The notes: a model not told the origin generated them from the sequence alone. Shown: positions 30,331 to 37,876, numbered from the stretch's first letter. The stretch: 64,000 nt of DNA from Gaiellaceae bacterium (GCA_036376615.1 DASUZZ010000010.1:4614-68613); one strand, 5' to 3'. Made by a program: numbers and translations.

Positions 30331-30863
30331 TGCGGCCGCTCAGGGCCGCCGCCGTCGTCGTGGTCGCCGCACTCCTCGGGCTGCTGGTCTGGGACGTCGC
30401 CCACCAGCAGAACAAGGGCATCGCCGCCAAGGTCGACAAGGGGGAGTCGGTGGCCGCGCCGGCGCTCAGCCTGCCGCGGATCGGCGGCGGTCCGAAGCTC
30501 GACCTGGCGGCCTATCGCGGGAAGGTCGTGGTCGTGAACTTCTGGGCGTCGTGGTGCGTCGAGTGCAAGCTCGAGGCGACCACCCTGCGCGACGCGGCCG
30601 CGCGCTGGCGCGGCAGGGCCGTCGTGATCGGCGTCGACACCAAGGACCTCACTTCGGCGGCCGAGCGCTACATGGCGCACTACAAGGTCAACTACGGCGT
30701 CGCGAAGGACGTCAGCGGCGACGAGAGCGACCGCTGGGGGGTCACCGGCTATCCCGAGACGTTCATCGTCGACCGGGCCGGGAAGGTGATCCCGCCGCAC
30801 GTCGACGGGCCGATCCCGGCGAGCCGCCTCGACGCCGCGATCCGGAACGCGATCCGCTCGTGA
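30330..30863 (+). CDS. Membrane-anchored TlpA/ResA-like thiol-disulfide oxidoreductase (WCVEC)
   Basis: ATG shares 1 nt with the upstream TGA. N-terminal TM segment, then GKVVVVNFWASWCVECK and GYPETFIVD. Confidence 0.85.
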   Translation: MRPLRAAAVVVVAALLGLLVWDVAHQQNKGIAAKVDKGESVAAPALSLPRIGGGPKLDLAAYRGKVVVVNFWASWCVECKLEATTLRDAAARWRGRAVVIGVDTKDLTSAAERYMAHYKVNYGVAKDVSGDESDRWGVTGYPETFIVDRAGKVIPPHVDGPIPASRLDAAIRNAIRS

Positions 30864-31405
30864 GCCCACGTGCCGGCATCCGCGCCGCTGCGGCAGCCGC
30901 CGTCGCCGCGCTGGCCGCCGTGCTCGTCTGGCACCTGACGCACCAGCCCGCTTCGGTGGCGCCCCAGGTGGCGAAGCACGAGATCGTGCAGGCGCCGGAC
31001 TTCGACCTCGCGCGCCTCACCGGCGGCGGCAGGCTGTCGCTTGCGTCGCTCCGCGGCAAGGCGGTGGTCGTCAACTTCTGGGCGTCGGACTGCGCGCCCT
31101 GCAAGGAGGAGATGCCGCGCCTCGTCAGCTTCGCCCGCGACTGGGAGCACCGTGACGTCGTCGTCGTCGGCATCGACGTCGACGAGCTGCACCGCGGCCC
31201 GGCGCAGGCGTTCGCGCGCCACTACGGCGCGACCTATCCGATGGTGTTCGACCCGAACGGCTCGACCGTCGACCCGTGGGGGGTCGGCGAGGGCACGCCG
31301 CAGACGTTCTTCGTCGACCGGCGCGGGCGGATCGTCGACCACGTGCTCGGCCCAGTGTCGGCCGACAGGCTCATCGCGGGCGCGCGCGACGCCCTTCGCA
31401 CGTGA
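30860..31405 (+). CDS. Second TlpA/ResA-like thiol-disulfide oxidoreductase (DCAPC)
   Basis: GTGA overlap. N-terminal TM segment, then GKAVVVNFWASDCAPCK and TPQTFFVD. Confidence 0.85.
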   Translation: MSPRAGIRAAAAAAVAALAAVLVWHLTHQPASVAPQVAKHEIVQAPDFDLARLTGGGRLSLASLRGKAVVVNFWASDCAPCKEEMPRLVSFARDWEHRDVVVVGIDVDELHRGPAQAFARHYGATYPMVFDPNGSTVDPWGVGEGTPQTFFVDRRGRIVDHVLGPVSADRLIAGARDALRT

Positions 31406-31851
31406 GGCTCGCCGCCGCAGCGCTGCTCGCGCTGGTGCTCGCCGCGCCCGCGCTCGCCGCCTCGCGGCCGAGCGAGGCCGACCTCGAGACGAAGCTTGTC
31501 TGCCCCGTCTGCCACGAGACGCTCGACGAGTCGAACGCCCCCGTCGCGCAGCAGATGAAGGCCGAGATCCGGCGGCGAATCGCCCAGGGCTGGACGGAGA
31601 AGCAGATCCTCGACGAGATGGTCGCCAACTACGGCCCGGGCGTGCTCTCGACGCCCGCGACGCACGGTTTCGACCTGCTCGCGTGGGTGCTGCCGCTGGG
31701 CGGGATCGCGATCGGGGCGCTCGCCCTCGGCGCGGGTGCGTGGTACTGGTCGCGCAGCGCCCGCCGGGGCCCGCCAGGGCCGCCTGCGCCGCCGCTGCCG
31801 CCCGAGGACGAGGCGCGGCTCGACCGCGAGCTCGCGCGCTTCGATGCTTGA
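31402..31851 (+). CDS. CcmH/CycL/NrfF-family cytochrome c maturation thiol protein
   Basis: GTGA overlap. A signal peptide is followed by LVCPVCHETLDESNAPVAQQMKAEIRRRIAQGWTEKQILDEMVANYG and a TM segment. Confidence 0.8.
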   Translation: MRLAAAALLALVLAAPALAASRPSEADLETKLVCPVCHETLDESNAPVAQQMKAEIRRRIAQGWTEKQILDEMVANYGPGVLSTPATHGFDLLAWVLPLGGIAIGALALGAGAWYWSRSARRGPPGPPAPPLPPEDEARLDRELARFDA

Positions 31852-32554
31852 GAAGCTTCCCGTAGCGTTCCTCGCCGGCCTCGTCTCCGTTGCGACACCG
31901 TGCGTGCTTCCGCTCGTTCCCGGTTACCTCTCGGCGCTCTCCGCCGTCGAGGTCACCAGGCTCGGCGAACGGAGCGTGGCGCGCCGCGTCGTCGTCTCGA
32001 GCGTCCCGTTCATCTTCGGCTTCACCGTCGTCTTCGTGGTTCTCGGTGCCGGCGCGGCGGCGGTCGGCAGTGCCGTCGACAAGCGCTCGCAGCTCGAGAT
32101 CGCGGGCTTCGTGCTCATCGTGATCGGGCTCGGCTTCCTGCGCGTGCTGCCGTGGCCGGAGCGGACGTTCGCGCCGGCCCTCGTCTCGCAGGCGCACGGC
32201 TCGGGCTCTCAGGTGCTGCTCGGCGGCGCGTTCGCGGTGTGTGCGGCGCCGTGCATCGGCACCGTGCTCGCGTCGATCCTCGTGCTCGCGTCCTCCTCCG
32301 GCACGATCTACCGCGGCATCGTGCTGCTCGTCGCGTACTCGCTCGGGCTCGCCGCCGCGTTCGTGGCGGCCGGCATCGCGTTCGCGCATGCGATGCGCGT
32401 CTTCCGCTGGACGCGCGACCACTACACCGTGCTGCGGGTCGTGTCGGGCACGACGCTCGTCGTCCTCGGGCTGCTGCTCTTCTTCGACCGCGACTGGTGG
32501 CTACGCGTCGCGCTCGACCAGCTGTTCACGCGGATCGGCCTCGGGACGGTCTAA
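31844..32554 (+). CDS. ccdA: Cytochrome c biogenesis / thiol-reductant transporter CcdA (DsbD-family)
   Basis: ATG 31844 overlaps the upstream gene by 8 nt. Six TM segments, with the two conserved Cys in VATPCVLPLVPGYL and AVCAAPCIGTVL. Confidence 0.88.
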   Translation: MLEKLPVAFLAGLVSVATPCVLPLVPGYLSALSAVEVTRLGERSVARRVVVSSVPFIFGFTVVFVVLGAGAAAVGSAVDKRSQLEIAGFVLIVIGLGFLRVLPWPERTFAPALVSQAHGSGSQVLLGGAFAVCAAPCIGTVLASILVLASSSGTIYRGIVLLVAYSLGLAAAFVAAGIAFAHAMRVFRWTRDHYTVLRVVSGTTLVVLGLLLFFDRDWWLRVALDQLFTRIGLGTV

Positions 32555-32845
32555 CGCCGCCAGGAGCGAGGCGACGTCGAGCCCGCGATGCCGCGGTGCG
32601 TACGGGGCGAGGCGCCGCAGCGCCTTCAGGCGCTGCCGCTCGGCTGCGACCGGCCGCCCGCGGCCGCGCTGGTAGGCCGAGACGACCACGTGCACGAGCC
32701 CCTGGAAGAAGTCGCGTTCCTCCGGTCCGCACGCGCGCCAGGCGAGCTCGAACGCCTCGTGCGCCTCGAAGAACGAGCCCTCTTGCGCGAGCCGGAGCCC
32801 GCGCTTGTATTCGAGGGCGACGATGCTAGATTCGCGGGCGGGCAT
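32501..32845 (-). CDS. DUF309-domain protein
   Basis: GSFFEAHEAFELAWR...FFQGLVHVVVSAY matches the DUF309 pattern. ATG 32845 was chosen, and an internal GTG start is possible. Confidence 0.65.
   Translation of the reverse strand: MPARESSIVALEYKRGLRLAQEGSFFEAHEAFELAWRACGPEERDFFQGLVHVVVSAYQRGRGRPVAAERQRLKALRRLAPYAPRHRGLDVASLLAALDRPEADPREQLVERDA
32827..32832 (+). promoter_or_regulatory. -10-like hexamer TAGATT, 11 nt upstream of ATG 32844
   Basis: TANNNT match, with no Shine-Dalgarno sequence. It lies inside the divergent DUF309 coding sequence. Confidence 0.25.
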
Positions 32846-33158
32846 GGCGACGATCCTGTTGTGTGGGGTCGATCTGTTGGTCAGGAGCAAGCTCGAGGCG
32901 CTCGTTCCCGGGCATCGGTTCGAGACGACGGACGGCGTCGAGCCGCCCGATCTCGTGATCGCCGACGTCGCGCGACTCGATCCCGACGACGTCGCCGACC
33001 GATTCCCGGACGTGCCGATCCTCGGCTTCACGAACCACACCGACACGTCGGGCCTGCGGCGCGCTCACGCCGCCGGCTTCGACCAGGTGATCGCGAAATC
33101 GGCGCTGTTCGAACGCGGTCCGGAGGTGATCGATCGACTTCTGGCGTCGGTAGAGTAG
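32844..33158 (+). CDS. Stand-alone receiver (CheY-like) domain protein
   Basis: 104 aa. It shows a beta1 strand (ILLCGVD), a phospho-acceptor-like Asp (DLVIADV), a Thr (ILGFTNH) and a Lys (VIAKS) in receiver-domain spacing. It ends 8 nt before fdxA. Confidence 0.6.
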   Translation: MATILLCGVDLLVRSKLEALVPGHRFETTDGVEPPDLVIADVARLDPDDVADRFPDVPILGFTNHTDTSGLRRAHAAGFDQVIAKSALFERGPEVIDRLLASVE

Positions 33159-33165
33159 GCGCCGA

Positions 33166-33471
33166 ATGACGTACATCATCGCCGAGCCCTGCATCGACAT
33201 CAAAGATCGCTCGTGCGTCGACGTGTGCCCCGTCGACTGCATCCACGAGTTCGACCGCATCCTCGTCATCGACCCCGAGGAGTGCATCGACTGCGGTGCC
33301 TGCGAACCGGAGTGTCCGGTCGAGGCGATCTTCCCCGAGGACGCGCTGCCGGAGAAGTGGAACGCGTTCGTCCCGATCAACTACGCCTTCGCCGACGGCG
33401 CGGAGGCGGTGAACCGGCTGACGAACGAGTACGCCACCGAGCACAACGTCCAGAACGAGCCGATCGAGTAG
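33166..33471 (+). CDS. fdxA: 7Fe ferredoxin ([3Fe-4S][4Fe-4S], FdxA type)
   Basis: [27 protein letters not shown]...[16 protein letters not shown] is the classic actinobacterial FdxA. Confidence 0.92.
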   Translation: MTYIIAEPCIDIKDRSCVDVCPVDCIHEFDRILVIDPEECIDCGACEPECPVEAIFPEDALPEKWNAFVPINYAFADGAEAVNRLTNEYATEHNVQNEPIE

Positions 33472-33480
33472 CGAACGAGG

Positions 33481-33505
33481 CGCGTCCGAGCACGCGTTTT
33501 CCTTT
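33481..33505 (+). terminator. Weak intrinsic terminator after fdxA
   Basis: CGCGT-CCGAGC-ACGCG (5-bp stem) followed by TTTTCCTTT. Confidence 0.35.
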
Positions 33506-33602
33506 CCAGCAACGTGCGCGCGATGCTTGTCGTCCGCATTGCACGTTAGAAACCAACGTGGTAGGGAATCGTGCACGCGGAATGCGAACAGGAGGTCAAT
33601 AG

Positions 33603-34331
33603 ATGACCCAAGAGGATTGGAGCGGGACCGGATCGACGGACGAACCGTCCGCCGACTCGTTCGGTGAGTCGACCGACACGGCAGAGGAGACGATCCCTGC
33701 ACCGATGTGGAGCGGCTCTCCGCTCGAGGAGGAATCAATCGACGAGATCGCGGAGCCGGCACGCGCCGTTCCGGCAGCGACACGCTCGTCGTCCCGGTCC
33801 GGGACGCGCTCCAGTTCGCGTAGCGGCCCGAAGGCCAAGTCCGGAGCGAAGCGCAAGGCCGCTCCGAAGCGGAAGGCGGCCCCCAAGCGGAAGGCAGCTG
33901 CGAAGAAGACAGCAGCCCGCAAGACGACCGCGCGGAAGAAGACCGCCGCGCGCAAGACGACCGCGCGCAAGAAGACCGCTGCCCGCAAGACGACGGCCCG
34001 CAAGACGACCGCGCGCAAGAAGACCGCGGCCCGCAAGACGACGGCCCGGAAGAAGACGGCCGCCCGCAAGACGACCGCCCGGAAGAAGACGGCCGCCCGC
34101 AAGTCGACGGCCCGCAAGACGACAGCACGGAAGAAGACGGCGGCGCGCAAGACGACCGCGCGGAAGACGGCCGCCCGCAAGTCGACGGCCCGCAAGTCGA
34201 CCGCCCGCAAGTCGACCGCTCGCAAGTCGACTGCCCGCAAGTCGACCGCGCGGAAGACGACCGCCCGCAAGTCGGCGGCCCGTCGTCCCGCATCGCGCTC
34301 ACGCTCGTCGTCGCGGCGCAGTTCGAGGTAA
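33603..34331 (+). CDS. Histone-H1-like / AlgP-like basic repeat protein with acidic N-terminal domain
   Basis: ATG has an AGGAGG Shine-Dalgarno. Residues 1-56 carry about 15 Asp/Glu and almost no basic residues. Residues 77-227 are tandem AARKTTARKKT and ARKST units, followed by an SR-rich end. Confidence 0.8.
   Translation: MTQEDWSGTGSTDEPSADSFGESTDTAEETIPAPMWSGSPLEEESIDEIAEPARAVPAATRSSSRSGTRSSSRSGPKAKSGAKRKAAPKRKAAPKRKAAAKKTAARKTTARKKTAARKTTARKKTAARKTTARKTTARKKTAARKTTARKKTAARKTTARKKTAARKSTARKTTARKKTAARKTTARKTAARKSTARKSTARKSTARKSTARKSTARKTTARKSAARRPASRSRSSSRRSSR
33831..34283 (+). repeat. Coding tandem repeats (33-nt AARKTTARKKT units, then 15-nt ARKST units)
   Basis: The units are visible directly in the DNA (GCCCGCAAGACGACC / GCCCGCAAGTCGACC), with many synonymous differences between them. 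Confidence 0.85.
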
Positions 34332-34411
34332 GCACCGCGAGGTGCCGGGCTCTCGCACGAGGTGCGGAGCCCGGCATCCGCGACCAGCACCGCTTCGCTA
34401 TCGTCGGAGCA

Positions 34412-35074
34412 GTGCAGGCGAACACGCTCGACCACGTCGCGTTCTGGGTTGCCGACCGCCACGCGATCGCCCGCTTCGCCGAGCGGCATCTCGGCATGCA
34501 CGCAATCGTCAGCGAGGAGAACTTCACGCTCCTCGGCAGCGACGCGCGCCGCGGCAAGCTCACCCTCTTCGATGCCGAAGGACCGCGCGAGAGCGGGGCA
34601 TTTCGGCACGTCGGCCTCCGTGTCGGCGACCTGGCGGCCGCGCGCGCCGCGCTTCCCGAGGGAACCCCGGAGACGTTCGACATCGGCGAGGGGATCAACG
34701 TCGTGCTCGTCGAGGGCGACGCGGACGTCGACTACGACCTCGACCACGTCGCGCTCTGGTCGCCGGAGCCGGCGGCGACCGCTCGCGAGTACCTGCGCTA
34801 CGGCTTCGCGCCCGCCGGGGATGCCAGGGTCGAGGTGGGCGGCGCGTTCGTCGCGCTGCACCAGGGAGCCGATCCGGCGTCCGAGCGGCCGCTCCTCAAC
34901 CACATCGCGGTGCTCGTCGACTCCGCGGACGATGTGGTTGCCGACGCGGCCGAGCTCGCCATCGAGGTCGAGTCGGTCGTCGACGCCGCGAACACGTATG
35001 CAGCGTTCCTCGTCGGGCCCGACCGGGTCCGCATCGAGTACGTCGAGCACAAGCCCACATTCAGCCTGACGTAG
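34412..35074 (+). CDS. VOC (glyoxalase/bleomycin-resistance/dioxygenase) superfamily protein, two modules
   Basis: 220 aa. LDHVAFWV...FRHVGLRV and LDHVALWS...LNHIAVLV are paired beta-alpha-beta-beta-beta module starts. Confidence 0.75.
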   Translation: MQANTLDHVAFWVADRHAIARFAERHLGMHAIVSEENFTLLGSDARRGKLTLFDAEGPRESGAFRHVGLRVGDLAAARAALPEGTPETFDIGEGINVVLVEGDADVDYDLDHVALWSPEPAATAREYLRYGFAPAGDARVEVGGAFVALHQGADPASERPLLNHIAVLVDSADDVVADAAELAIEVESVVDAANTYAAFLVGPDRVRIEYVEHKPTFSLT

Positions 35075-36159
35075 TCATCGCGGGCGGCGGGATGGCCGGG
35101 CTCGTCGCGGCGGCCCGTCTGCGTGACCTGGGCGTTCCCGCCGTCGTGCACGAGAAGGGAGCGCGGCTCGGCGGCTCGATGCTGCTCTCCTCCTGCGTGG
35201 TCTGGCGGCACCGGGAGTGGGACGACTTCCGGCGCGAGTGCCCCGACGGCGACGAGCGGTTGCAGCGGCTCGTCTGGGAGCGGCTCGACGACGCGCTCGA
35301 GTGGCTCGCCCGGCGCGGCGCGGAACCCGTCGCCGTCGAGACCGGCAACGCCCTCACCGTCGGGCGGCGGTTCGACCCGGCTGCGCTGACGCGTGTGCTC
35401 GCCGCCTGCGCGGGCGAGGTCGAGCTCGGCGTGTCCTCGATCCCGGCGGCGCGGCCGCTGATCCTGTGCACGGGGGGCTTCGGCGGGTCGCCGGAGCTCG
35501 TGGCACGGCACATCCGGCCGGCGGCGCCGCTGCGCCTTCGCGCGAACCCGTGGTCGGTCGGCGACGGCCTCCGCGCCGGCGTCGGGCGCGGCGCTGCGCT
35601 CAGCCGCGGCCTCGACGAGTTCTACGGCCGTAACATGCCCGACGCGCCCTGGGGGGAGCCCGACTTCGTTCCGCTCTCGCAGCTCTATGCGCGGTTCGCG
35701 CGGATCTTCGACGAGGACGGGGTCGAGTTCTTCGAGCGTGGGCAGGTGTCGTGGTCCGAGACGAACGTCGTCGCCGCCACCGCGCGGCGGCCCGGCGCCC
35801 GCTCCTACTACGTGCTCGACGAGGATGCGCTCGCCCGGGAGGTGCGCGGCCGCTCCGTCGCCGACGTCGTCGCGGCCGCACCGGCCTCGGCTCGGGTGGC
35901 CCCCGCCGAGCTTCCGTTCGCGGCGCCGCTCGGTACGCTCGTCGCGGTCCGGGTGGCGGCGTCGATCACGCACACGATCGGCGGCGTGTGCGTCGACGAC
36001 CGCGGCCGCGTGCTACGCGCCGACGGCTCGCCGGTGGACGCCACCTGGGCGGCGGGCGTCGACGCGGGCGGCGTCGCGACGGGCGGGTACGCGAGCGGGC
36101 TCGCCCAAGCGCTCGTGCTCGGCCTCGCCGCGGCCGAGGACGTAGCGGCGACGCTCTGA
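35059..36159 (+). CDS. FAD-binding oxidoreductase (fumarate-reductase/succinate-dehydrogenase-flavoprotein-like); start codon uncertain
   Basis: The Rossmann motif DVVIAGGGMAGLVAAARL begins at 35068. The C-terminal motif is THTIGGVCVD...AAGVDAGGV. No ATG, GTG or TTG lies in frame between the upstream gene body and the motif. ATT 35059 is listed as a provisional start. Confidence 0.7.
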   Translation: MQPDVVIAGGGMAGLVAAARLRDLGVPAVVHEKGARLGGSMLLSSCVVWRHREWDDFRRECPDGDERLQRLVWERLDDALEWLARRGAEPVAVETGNALTVGRRFDPAALTRVLAACAGEVELGVSSIPAARPLILCTGGFGGSPELVARHIRPAAPLRLRANPWSVGDGLRAGVGRGAALSRGLDEFYGRNMPDAPWGEPDFVPLSQLYARFARIFDEDGVEFFERGQVSWSETNVVAATARRPGARSYYVLDEDALAREVRGRSVADVVAAAPASARVAPAELPFAAPLGTLVAVRVAASITHTIGGVCVDDRGRVLRADGSPVDATWAAGVDAGGVATGGYASGLAQALVLGLAAAEDVAATL

Positions 36160-36201
36160 ACCGGGTGCCTGGCACCGTGGTACCAGGCCTAGCTCGGCGG
36201 C

Positions 36202-36399
36202 TCAGCTCTTGCCGACCGAGAAGGCGCAGGGCCGGCGGTCGCCGGGGAGCGGCGACGCCCCGATCTTCGAGACGACGATCGTGCGGCCGTCGTCCTCGAG
36301 CTCCTCGCCGATCCGCGGCAGGTCGCCGTGGGCCTCGCGCAGCGTGTAGCCGGCCGGCGACCACACGAACAGCAGGTAGTCGGTGCCGCCGAACGTCAT
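36202..36399 (-). CDS. Small hypothetical protein (65 aa)
   Basis: Third-position GC is coding-like and the ORF does not overlap a stronger one. I recognise no family. Confidence 0.4.
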   Translation of the reverse strand: MTFGGTDYLLFVWSPAGYTLREAHGDLPRIGEELEDDGRTIVVSKIGASPLPGDRRPCAFSVGKS

Positions 36400-36425
36400 C
36401 AGCGACGATCGTAGTCCACTTGGGG

Positions 36426-36585
36426 AGTCGGGGAGGGCACCTCCGGTGCCCTCCCCGAATATCGAAGCGCAGACGGTTGCCGCCGGGGGCCGGCTTGGCC
36501 GGCCGGGAGGCGAAGAGCGAAATCGCGACGGCAGGCGAAGAGGGAGGGATGGGCCTCGGGAAGGGAACCGCAGCTGCCCTTCCCG
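36426..36585. repeat. Structured intergenic element, copy 2 (diverged relative of 12952-13213)
   Basis: - Left boundary: AGTC plus a perfect 12-bp hairpin GGGGAGGGCACC-TCC-GGTGCCCTCCCC (36430-36456).
- Internal hairpin: 7-bp with a TTG loop (36488-36504), followed by GGGAGG.
- Right side: GAAGAGGGAGGGATGGGCC, then hairpin CGGGAAGGG-N11-CCCTTCCCG (36557-36585).
- The order and sequence of these modules parallel copy 1. Confidence 0.55.
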
Positions 36586-36587
36586 AT

Positions 36588-37247
36588 TCAGCGGCGTGTC
36601 GCGTAGGGCGGCAGCGTCACGACGACGTGGGTGCCGCCCGAATCCGCGGCCTCGATCGCGATCTCCCCGTGGAGCTGCTTGACGCGCTCTTCGATTGCCT
36701 CGAACGACCGCCGGCGGCGCTCGGGCTCGGCGTCGTCGGAGACGATCGTGGTCACGCCGCCGCCGGGCGCCTCGGCCATCGCGACGCGGATCCGCGTCAG
36801 CGGACCGCGGCGCACCGCCTGGTCGAGCAGCTCGCGGATGATCGTGTACACCGCGATCTGCGCCGACTCGCCGAGCCGGTCGGCCTGCTCCAGGTCGACG
36901 TCGATCTGGATCGCATGCGCCTCGCCGACCTGCGAGGCGAGCGCCTGGAGTGCCGCGCCGAAGCCCTGGTCGCGGAGCACGACCGGCTCGAGCGCGAACG
37001 ACAGGTCGCGTAGCTCGCGGATGGTCGCGCGCTGCCGCTCGGTCGCGCTCTGCAGGATCCGGGCGGCATCGTCGAGGTTGCCCGTCTGCACGGCGTCGAG
37101 CACGGCGTCGAGCATCAACGCGATCCCGGAGAGGTTCTGCACGGGGCCGTCGTGCAGGAACAGCGCGATCCGCCGCCGTTCGTCCTGCTCGGCGGTGATC
37201 ATCCGGTCGAGCGTCTCGCCGCGGCCGACGCCCGCGCTGTCAGTCAA
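36588..37247 (-). CDS. Soluble NarL-class sensor histidine kinase lacking any input domain (HisKA_3 + HATPase only)
   Basis: 219 aa. The H-box EQDERRRIALFLHDGPVQNLSG starts at about residue 20. There is no TM or sensor segment. The TTG start overlaps the RR stop by 8 nt. Confidence 0.8.
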   Translation of the reverse strand: MTDSAGVGRGETLDRMITAEQDERRRIALFLHDGPVQNLSGIALMLDAVLDAVQTGNLDDAARILQSATERQRATIRELRDLSFALEPVVLRDQGFGAALQALASQVGEAHAIQIDVDLEQADRLGESAQIAVYTIIRELLDQAVRRGPLTRIRVAMAEAPGGGVTTIVSDDAEPERRRRSFEAIEERVKQLHGEIAIEAADSGGTHVVVTLPPYATRR

Positions 37248-37863
37248 TGATCGCTTCGCGGAGCGCGATCGCGACCGCGTGCGTCCGGGTGTCGGCCTCG
37301 AGCTTCGTCAGGATGTGGCGCACGTGGCTCTTGACGGTCTCGGCCGAGATGAACAGGCGACCGGCGACGTCCGCATTCGAGAGGCCGTCGGCCAGCAGCT
37401 GAAGGATCTCCCGCTCGCGCGTCGTGAGCATGTCGGTGGAGTCCTTGCCTGCGAGGAACGCCGGCATCAGCGCAGGGTCCACGTAGCCCTCGCCCTGCGC
37501 GATCTTCTCGATCGCGCGGACGAGCGTCTGGTGGGGTGCCTCCTTCAGGATGTAGCCCTTCGCGCCCGACTCGAGCCCGCGGCCCAGGAGCGAGCGCTCC
37601 GAGTAGGCGGTGAAGATCAGCACCTTCGCGTCGGGCACCTTCTCCGTGAGCAGCTTGGTCGCCTCGAGGCCGTCCATGCCGGGCATCCGCACGTCCATGA
37701 TCACCACGTCGGGTCTGCGCCGCTCCGCGAGCTCGACGGCGCTGGCGCCGTCGGACGCCTCGCCGACCACCCGGATGTGCGGCGCCCGCGAAAGCGACAG
37801 GCGGAGGCCCTCCCGGACGACCTCGTGGTCGTCGACGATCAGCGTCGTGATCTCGTCGGCCAT
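37240..37863 (-). CDS. NarL/LuxR-family response regulator
   Basis: ATG 37863. The receiver domain is LIVDDHEVV...VVIMDVRMPGMDG. The LuxR HTH is LTTREREILQLLADGLSNADVAGRLFISAETVKSHVRHILTKL. Confidence 0.92.
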   Translation of the reverse strand: MADEITTLIVDDHEVVREGLRLSLSRAPHIRVVGEASDGASAVELAERRRPDVVIMDVRMPGMDGLEATKLLTEKVPDAKVLIFTAYSERSLLGRGLESGAKGYILKEAPHQTLVRAIEKIAQGEGYVDPALMPAFLAGKDSTDMLTTREREILQLLADGLSNADVAGRLFISAETVKSHVRHILTKLEADTRTHAVAIALREAIID

Positions 37864-37876
37864 GCGAGCGCCCATC

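Noticed and set aside
33831-34283. Regular short tandem repeats that could be mistaken for a CRISPR array or a minisatellite.
   Set aside because: The units are contiguous (no spacers), in frame, and encode the AARKTTARKKT/ARKST basic tail of a protein that has its own Shine-Dalgarno and start. No cas genes are present.
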